A model generated the notes under the pieces. It saw only the letters and a list, made by a program, of their open reading frames with translations. It searched no databases and was not told where the DNA came from. A program made the translations under genes and the position numbers. A stretch of 64,000 nt of DNA from Gemmatimonadota bacterium (GTDB lineage Bacteria > Gemmatimonadota > Gemmatimonadetes > Palauibacterales > Palauibacteraceae): the NCBI GenBank assembly GCA_963666735.1, contig OY762926.1, positions 3,008,001 through 3,072,000 of the forward strand. Reading direction: 5' to 3'. Below are positions 58,115-64,000 of the stretch, piece by piece (position 1 is the first letter of the stretch; every line of letters starts with the position of its first letter).

Positions 58115-58399
58115 ATGAGGAACAAGCGACGCACCCGTCGCGAGGGTCGGCGTTTCTTCGTCCTCGCCTTCGCGATCGCTGCAGGACTGATGGCGATAGC
58201 GATGCCGGCGATCCCCTCGCCCGCGCTCGGCTCGGGGGCGTCCGCGTGCAGTAGTTCGCCGGCAACCAGATGCTGCGCATGCGGCGATACCGACGGCGAA
58301 TTCTACTGCCACGGGGGTGCGTACATGGGATCTCCGTATTGCGGCGAGGGCACCGAGTTTTGCGAAAGGAGACTCTGTAGATCGCCGCAGCTACAATAG
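58115..58399 (+). CDS. Secreted 8-Cys peptide, copy 2 (94 aa precursor)
   Basis: AAGGTGG RBS; basic n-region plus hydrophobic h-region; mature ACSSSPATRCCACGDTDGEFYCHGGAYMGSPYCGEGTEFCERRLCRSPQLQ. Confidence 0.85.
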   Translation: MRNKRRTRREGRRFFVLAFAIAAGLMAIAMPAIPSPALGSGASACSSSPATRCCACGDTDGEFYCHGGAYMGSPYCGEGTEFCERRLCRSPQLQ

Positions 58400-59614
58400 G
58401 TTGGAGGTTTCGCCCACGGCGGCGATCGCGTCGTCCAGTTGGCGGTCGGTGAGATAGGGGGCCGGACCCAGTCGCAGGAGGTCGTCGCGGTAGTCCGTCG
58501 CCACGCCTCGCGCCGCGAGGGCCTCGTGGAAGTCGCGTGCCCGCGGCGTCCGGAGCGCGAGGAAGCCGCCGACCGCCTCGGACGGCGTCTCCCGGTCGCG
58601 GTCGATCAGTGCCGGATCCGCGCCGAGGGCGTCGAAGGCCTCCGCCAGGCGGCCCACCTGATGTCGGCTCACCTCCCGCAGGAATTCCGGCGTCAGTCCC
58701 CGCTCGCGGAAGAAGTCGAAGACTTCCACCGCCCGATAATGGCTCGTCGGATCGTAGGTGCTGCCGGCGAACCGTTCCGCCCCCGGGCCGTAGCTCACGC
58801 GCCCGGCGTCTTCCCCCTCGTGCAGGGCCGAGAACTCCGCGAACCAACCCGTGACGGCGGGACGCAGCCGACAGTCCGGCGGCACGCGCAGGAAGCAGTT
58901 GCCTTCCCCGAGTTGGCAGTACTTGTAGCCGCCCCCGGTCACGAAGGCGCCTTCGAGTCCCAGACTCGAGAGATCGAAGGGGACCGCGTTCAGCGCGTGA
59001 TAGGCGTCCACCAGGAGCTCGGCCCCGACCCGCTCGCAGCGCTCCGCGACGGAGCCGAGTCCGTCGACGATGCGGGCGTCACGGTAGAGGACGGCGGAGA
59101 CCAGCACGGCCGCCGCCTCGTCGTCCGTCGCGAGACGGAGCCGCCCGGAGAGCGAGTTGATGGGGTCCACGGGCACGCGCACGATGGTCAGCCCCTCCTC
59201 CTCCAGCCGGTCGAGTTGGCGCCGGATCGAGTGAAACTCGCCAGCGGTCGTCACGAGCCGCGGCCGCGCGCGCAGGGGCAGAGCGGAGAGAAAGCGGATC
59301 ACGAGTTCGTGCGTGTTCGAGCCGAGCGCGTAGTCCCCGTCGTCCGGACGCTCCGGGCGCCCGAGGAGTTCGGCATACCCGGCGCGGACCCGATTCCCGC
59401 GCGCGAACGCCTCCTCCCACTTCCCGTCCACGAGGCGGGCGGCGTCCTCCCAGGCCCGGAGCTGCCCCGCGAATCCGCAGTCGGGCCACGCCTGGTGCGA
59501 ATGTCCCGTGAGGAGCAGCCGCTCCGCGACCCGGAAGCGGGAATAGTGCGGAGCGAGCGCGTTCGGCTCCCGGTACAGATCCTCCGCCGCGATATTTGTC
59601 ACAGGGCTCGTCAC
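58391..59614 (-). CDS. kynU: Kynureninase (PLP class V)
   Basis: 'LLTGHSHQAWPD', 'VDAYH', 'GGGYKYCQLGEG', 'GWFA', 'LRLGPAPY'; GTGA overlap with kynA. Confidence 0.9.
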   Translation of the reverse strand: MTSPVTNIAAEDLYREPNALAPHYSRFRVAERLLLTGHSHQAWPDCGFAGQLRAWEDAARLVDGKWEEAFARGNRVRAGYAELLGRPERPDDGDYALGSNTHELVIRFLSALPLRARPRLVTTAGEFHSIRRQLDRLEEEGLTIVRVPVDPINSLSGRLRLATDDEAAAVLVSAVLYRDARIVDGLGSVAERCERVGAELLVDAYHALNAVPFDLSSLGLEGAFVTGGGYKYCQLGEGNCFLRVPPDCRLRPAVTGWFAEFSALHEGEDAGRVSYGPGAERFAGSTYDPTSHYRAVEVFDFFRERGLTPEFLREVSRHQVGRLAEAFDALGADPALIDRDRETPSEAVGGFLALRTPRARDFHEALAARGVATDYRDDLLRLGPAPYLTDRQLDDAIAAVGETSNLL

Positions 59615-60414
59615 AGGTCCGTGCGGATGGCCCACAGGTCGGGAAACACGGGGCGGTTCAGCGACTTCCTCAGGTAGTCGGCGCCCCCCGTCCGGCCGGT
59701 GCCGGGGCGCGCCCCGATCGTGCGCTCGACCATCTTTACGTGCCGGTAGCGCCATTCCTGGAGCCCCTCGTCGAGATCCACGAACCGTTCGCACAACTGG
59801 ACGAGTTGCGGGTCCTCGCGGTACAGCCGGACGAGGGCGGCCTGCACCCCCGCGGATGGCTCGGTCGGCGCCGTGACATCCCGTTCGAGGTCTTCCGCCG
59901 GGATCGGGTATCCGCGCGCGTGGAGGAAGCGGACGAAGGCGGTCCACAGCGAGGGCTCGCCGTAGCGGGCGTCGAGTCGGCGGCGGGCGTCGCTCCCGGC
60001 CGGGTATCGGTCGAACACGCTGGTCCGCTTGTGGCCGAGAATGAACTCGAGCTCGCGGAACTGGTACGACTGCAGTCCGCTCGCCTCCTCGAGCCGCTGC
60101 CGGAAGGCGAGAAACTCCAGTGGACGCATCGTCTCCAGGATGTCGAGTTGGGCGACCTGGACCTTCAGGATCGTGAGGATGCGTTGCATCGTGTGCAGGA
60201 GTCGCGGCATGTCGTCCGCGTCCATCCGGCCGCGCGCGAACTCGAGCTCGTGCAGGAGCTGCTTGAACCACAGCTCGTACACCTGGTGGATGATGATGAA
60301 CAGCATCTCATCGTGCTCGCGGTCCCCGTCCACGCCCGACTGCTCCCGCTGGAGCGACAGCAGCTCCTCGAGGTGCAGGTAGCCGGCATAGGTGACGTAT
60401 TTGCCGTGCGCCAT
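59611..60414 (-). CDS. kynA: Tryptophan 2,3-dioxygenase
   Basis: 'HDEMLFIIIHQVYELWFK', 'ASGLQSYQFR', 'WRYRH..VERTIG..GTG'. Confidence 0.96.
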   Translation of the reverse strand: MAHGKYVTYAGYLHLEELLSLQREQSGVDGDREHDEMLFIIIHQVYELWFKQLLHELEFARGRMDADDMPRLLHTMQRILTILKVQVAQLDILETMRPLEFLAFRQRLEEASGLQSYQFRELEFILGHKRTSVFDRYPAGSDARRRLDARYGEPSLWTAFVRFLHARGYPIPAEDLERDVTAPTEPSAGVQAALVRLYREDPQLVQLCERFVDLDEGLQEWRYRHVKMVERTIGARPGTGRTGGADYLRKSLNRPVFPDLWAIRTDL

Positions 60415-60455
60415 GAATCTCCCTTCAGCGGCCCGTTTTCAGGGCGCCCGCGTGC

Positions 60456-62822
60456 TCAGTAGCCCCACTCGAACCTCGGCGTATAGCCGTCCAGCGACGA
60501 ATACTGCGGCGGCCACGGGATCGGCGCCCCGGAAGCGTAGGCCGCGTGCCGGGTCCAGTATGGATCCCAGAGGTGCGCGCGGGCGAGACAGCACAGGTCC
60601 GCCCTCCCCGCCGCGAGGATCGTGTTCACGTCCATGAACGAGGAGATGTTGCCCACGGCCATGGTCGCGATCCCCGCCTCGTGCCGGATGCGATCCGAGA
60701 AGGGCGTCTGGTACTGGCGGCCGTACACCGGCTTCTGCCAGGGCACGGTCTGCCCCGCCGAGACGTCGATGATGTCCGCGCCCGCCGCGTTCAGGCGGCG
60801 CGCGACCGCGACGGCTCCGTCCGCCGTCATTCCGCCCTCCGCCCAGTCCACCGCGGAGATCCGGACGGAAATCGGCTTCTCCGGCGGCCACGCGGAGCGC
60901 ACGGCCGCGAGCACTTCGAGGGGGAAGCGCAGCCGTCCGTCCACGTCTCCCCCGTACTCGTCCTCGCGGAGGTTCGTGAGAGGAGAGATGAAGCTGGCCA
61001 GCAGGTAGCCGTGCGCGAAGTGGATCTCGAGCAGGTCGAAGCCGGCTTCCTCCGACATTTCCGCCGCGCGCCGGAACTCCGCCGTCACCCGGTCCATGTC
61101 CCGCCGCGTCATCTCGCGGGGAACCGGGCTGTGCTCGAACCAGGGCACCGGGGAAGCGGCCATGATCGGCCAGCCGCCCTCGTCCAGCGGCTCGTTGTCG
61201 CCCTCCCAGGACACTTGCGTGGACGCCTTCCGGCCCGCGTGTCCGAGCTGCATCCCGATCGCCGCGTCGGAGTGGCGGTGCACGAAATCGACGATCCGCT
61301 TCCACGCGCCCACATGCGCGGGAGCGTACATGCCCGTGCAGCCCGGCGAGATACGGCCTTCGCGGCTCACGTCCGTCATCTCCGACATCACGAGTCCGGC
61401 CCCGCCGACCGCGCGGCTGCCGAGGTTCACCAGGTGCCAGTCGTCCGGCGTCCCGTCCTCCGCGGAGTACTGGCACATGGCCGAGACGACGACCCGGTTC
61501 TTCAACTTGAGCTCCCGGAGCCGGAAAGGGGTGAGGAGCGGGGGCGGCGCCGGGCCACTTCCGACGCTCCCGGGGGGAGCTTCTCCGGCCCCCGTCGCCG
61601 CGTCCGCCAGGCCCGCCGCGGCCCGCTCCGCGAACCAGCGGTCGACGCGCGCGGTGAACTCCGGGTCGCGCAGGGCGAGGTTGGAGTGGGTGATGCGGAG
61701 GCTGCGCGTGATGAGGTTGAAGGCGAACTGCACGGGTTCCGTGTCCAGGAACCGCTCGGCGCCCTCGAACCATTCGAGACTCGCCTGGGCCGCCCGCTGC
61801 ACGCTCTCGACCTCGGGCCGGCGGGCCGTCTCGTAGGCCTCCAGCGCGGGAGCGACGGCGAGGTCGTGGGCGAGGAGCGACTCGTGAAGCGAGATCGCGT
61901 CGATCATCGCGAGCCGGGTGCCGGACCCGATGGAGAAGTGGGCCGAGTGGGCCGCGTCGCCGACGAGCACGATGTTGCCGTGGCGCCACGATCGGTTGCG
62001 GACGGTCGGGAAGCCCCGCCAGATCGAGCGGTTCGCGATGAGGCGGTGGGAGCGTCGCCGGGAGTCCAGTTCCTCGCGGAAGATCTCCTCGAGGAAACGG
62101 ACGGTCTCTTCTTCCGACGCCGAATCCATGCCGGCGGCGCGCCAAGTCCCCTCGGTCGCCTCGACGATGAAGGTGGAGATGGCTTCTTCGTCGCCTTGAT
62201 CTCCTTCGTCTTCCTTGTCCGCCGGTGCGGGCCGGTACTGGTAGGCGTGGACGCGCCACAATCCATGTTCGGTCTCCCGAAAATAGAAGGTGAAGGCGGG
62301 GAAGGGCTTCGTCGTGCCCAGCCACACGAACCGGTTCGGGCGGAGGTCGATGCGGGGGCCGAACGCGTCGGCGTGGCGGTCGCGCACGCCGCTGTTCACG
62401 CCGTCGGCGGCCAGCACGAGGTCGGCGCCCGCCCAGGCTTCGCCGGACTCGACGTCCACGCCGTGTTCCACTCCGTGCCTCAACTCGACGCCGAGGTCGC
62501 GCGCCCGGGACTCGAGGATGTCGAGGAGCGCGGTGCGGGCGAGGCCGCTGAACCCGTGCCCGGTCGACGTGAGCCGCCGGCCCCGGTAGTGGATGTCGAT
62601 GTCGTCCCAGTGGTGGAAGGACCGCGTGATCGCCTCGTAACTCTCGGGGTCCGCGGCGGCGAGTTCTTCCAGGGTGGCGTCGGAGAACACGACGCCGAAG
62701 CCGTAGGTGTCACCGGGGCGGTTGCGCTCGAGGACGATGACGTCGTGCGCCGGATCCGATCGCTTCGCGAGGATCGCGAAGTACAGGCCGGCCGGCCCGC
62801 CTCCGACGCAGACGATCCTCAG
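60456..62822 (-). CDS. Anthraniloyl-CoA monooxygenase/reductase (bifunctional salicylyl-CoA 5-hydroxylase family)
   Basis: '[13 protein letters not shown]', 'GFGVVFSD', '[15 protein letters not shown]', OYE domain 'MCQYSA', 'HAGRK', 'AHGYL'; apparent CTG start. Confidence 0.93.
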   Translation of the reverse strand: MRIVCVGGGPAGLYFAILAKRSDPAHDVIVLERNRPGDTYGFGVVFSDATLEELAAADPESYEAITRSFHHWDDIDIHYRGRRLTSTGHGFSGLARTALLDILESRARDLGVELRHGVEHGVDVESGEAWAGADLVLAADGVNSGVRDRHADAFGPRIDLRPNRFVWLGTTKPFPAFTFYFRETEHGLWRVHAYQYRPAPADKEDEGDQGDEEAISTFIVEATEGTWRAAGMDSASEEETVRFLEEIFREELDSRRRSHRLIANRSIWRGFPTVRNRSWRHGNIVLVGDAAHSAHFSIGSGTRLAMIDAISLHESLLAHDLAVAPALEAYETARRPEVESVQRAAQASLEWFEGAERFLDTEPVQFAFNLITRSLRITHSNLALRDPEFTARVDRWFAERAAAGLADAATGAGEAPPGSVGSGPAPPPLLTPFRLRELKLKNRVVVSAMCQYSAEDGTPDDWHLVNLGSRAVGGAGLVMSEMTDVSREGRISPGCTGMYAPAHVGAWKRIVDFVHRHSDAAIGMQLGHAGRKASTQVSWEGDNEPLDEGGWPIMAASPVPWFEHSPVPREMTRRDMDRVTAEFRRAAEMSEEAGFDLLEIHFAHGYLLASFISPLTNLREDEYGGDVDGRLRFPLEVLAAVRSAWPPEKPISVRISAVDWAEGGMTADGAVAVARRLNAAGADIIDVSAGQTVPWQKPVYGRQYQTPFSDRIRHEAGIATMAVGNISSFMDVNTILAAGRADLCCLARAHLWDPYWTRHAAYASGAPIPWPPQYSSLDGYTPRFEWGY

Positions 62823-63979
62823 AGGTCGCTCTCGCCGCGCGCCGCGTCGAACAGATGACGCGCGATCAGGAGACGCTGGATCTCCGTCGCGCCCTCGTAG
62901 ATGCGGAGGGCCCTCACGGAGCGGTAGAGCCGGTCGACCGGATGGTCCGCCAGCACGCCGCGACCGCCGAGGATCTGCACGGCGTCGTCGACCACGCCCT
63001 GCGCGATCTCGGTCGCGAACGACTTCGCCATGGCGGCTTCGAGGTCGGTGCGATCCGCTCCGCCGTCGCGCTCCCAGGCCGCTCGATACACGAGGAGCCG
63101 GGCCGCCGTGAGGTCGGTGCCCATCCGTCCCACCTTCTCCTGCGTGATCTGGAAGTCGGCGAGCGCGCGTCCGAACTGCCGGCGTGAGAGGGCGTGGTGG
63201 AGCGCTTCGTGCAGCGCGCGGCCCGCCATCCCGCAGGCCGCGGCCCCGACCGTGGGGCGGAGGCGGTCGAGCGTGGCGAGCCCGAGCTTGTAGCCTTCGC
63301 CCTCGCCTCCGACCCGCGCCGATGCGGGGAGGCGACAGTCTTCGAGCGCGATCTCGCCCAGCGGGTGGGGGTCGGCCATCAGAAGCGGCCGCACGAAGCG
63401 GAACCCCTTGGTGTCGGCCGGGAGGAGGAAGGCGGAGATCCCCGCCACGCCCTCGCCCGGGTCGGTGACGGCGAACAGGAGATAGAAGTCCGCGATCCCC
63501 GCGTTCGAGATGAAGGTCTTCACGCCGTTGAGGACGTACTGATCCCCGTCGCGGACCGCCGTCGTGCGCATGGCGGCGACGTCGGATCCGGCCTCCGGCT
63601 CGCTCATCGCGAAGGCGGCCACGGCGCGCCCCCGGACGGCGCGGTCGAGCCACAGCCGCCGCTGCCTCTCGTCGCCGGCCAGCGCGATCGGGGTCGAGCC
63701 CAGCGCCTGGAGCGCGAACATCGCGTCCGCGAGCGGCGAGTAGAAGGCGAGCGTCTCGCGGGTCACGGAACAGGCCCGGAAGTCCTGCCGGGCGACCGCC
63801 TTCAGCCAGCCGCCCCGCCCGAGAGAAGTGCAGATCTCCCTCGCGTAGCGCCGCGCGAGGTCATCATCGTCCCGATGCGCGTGTTCGGCGAACTCGTCCG
63901 CCGCGTAGCGTCCGAGGTCCTCCCCGAGCTCGAGATGCCGCGGTTCGAGAAAGGCGCGGACGGGATGGAGGTCGATCAC
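62819..63979 (-). CDS. Acyl-CoA dehydrogenase (anthraniloyl-CoA pathway associated)
   Basis: '[10 protein letters not shown]', 'GVKTFISN', 'RRQFG', '[10 protein letters not shown]'. Confidence 0.95.
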   Translation of the reverse strand: MIDLHPVRAFLEPRHLELGEDLGRYAADEFAEHAHRDDDDLARRYAREICTSLGRGGWLKAVARQDFRACSVTRETLAFYSPLADAMFALQALGSTPIALAGDERQRRLWLDRAVRGRAVAAFAMSEPEAGSDVAAMRTTAVRDGDQYVLNGVKTFISNAGIADFYLLFAVTDPGEGVAGISAFLLPADTKGFRFVRPLLMADPHPLGEIALEDCRLPASARVGGEGEGYKLGLATLDRLRPTVGAAACGMAGRALHEALHHALSRRQFGRALADFQITQEKVGRMGTDLTAARLLVYRAAWERDGGADRTDLEAAMAKSFATEIAQGVVDDAVQILGGRGVLADHPVDRLYRSVRALRIYEGATEIQRLLIARHLFDAARGESDL

Positions 63980-63999
63980 GAGAACACCGCCGGCCGCTT
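63976..63999 (-). CDS. 3' end of upstream gene, possibly enoyl-CoA hydratase
   Basis: Only 'KRPAVFS*' is visible (crotonase-like C-terminus); GTGA overlap with the ACAD start. Confidence 0.35.
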   Translation of the reverse strand, partial: KRPAVFS

Positions 64000-64000
64000 C

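Noticed and set aside
56658..58399. Classification of the peptides as a known RiPP class (lanthipeptide, ranthipeptide, etc.)
   Set aside because: No radical SAM, LanM/B/C, YcaO or peptidase-ABC genes are adjacent, and the precursors have Sec/Tat-like signals rather than RiPP leaders.

Overview
High-GC bacterial chromosome segment. Gene content and order suggest Gemmatimonadota (inference, not tested). Most of the window is housekeeping or metabolic: glnS (partial), a divergent paa-type diiron aryl-CoA epoxidase cluster, pruA, and a large phosphate block (ppx, ppk1, phoU-pstBACS-phoR-phoB, a divergent TonB receptor plus lipoproteins with Pho-box-like repeats, and porin O/P). It also holds a two-gene NAD synthetase, tRNA-Glu(CTC), a lipA-pdhABC-lpdA-lipB operon, a fused 2-oxoacid dehydrogenase E1 and a kynA-kynU/anthraniloyl-CoA monooxygenase operon. 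Three things stand out. (1) A ~3 kb lower-GC island (55.3-58.4 kb) next to an IS110 remnant encodes a CxxS thioredoxin-like exported protein, a 6-bladed beta-propeller and two paralogous secreted 8-cysteine peptides. One peptide is hidden by a single extra C and is missing from the ORF track. (2) A 174-bp palindromic MITE-like element is inserted in frame into the signal peptide of an outer-membrane protein gene. (3) An exported protein has His/Met spacing matching the copper ligands of PHM-type monooxygenases.
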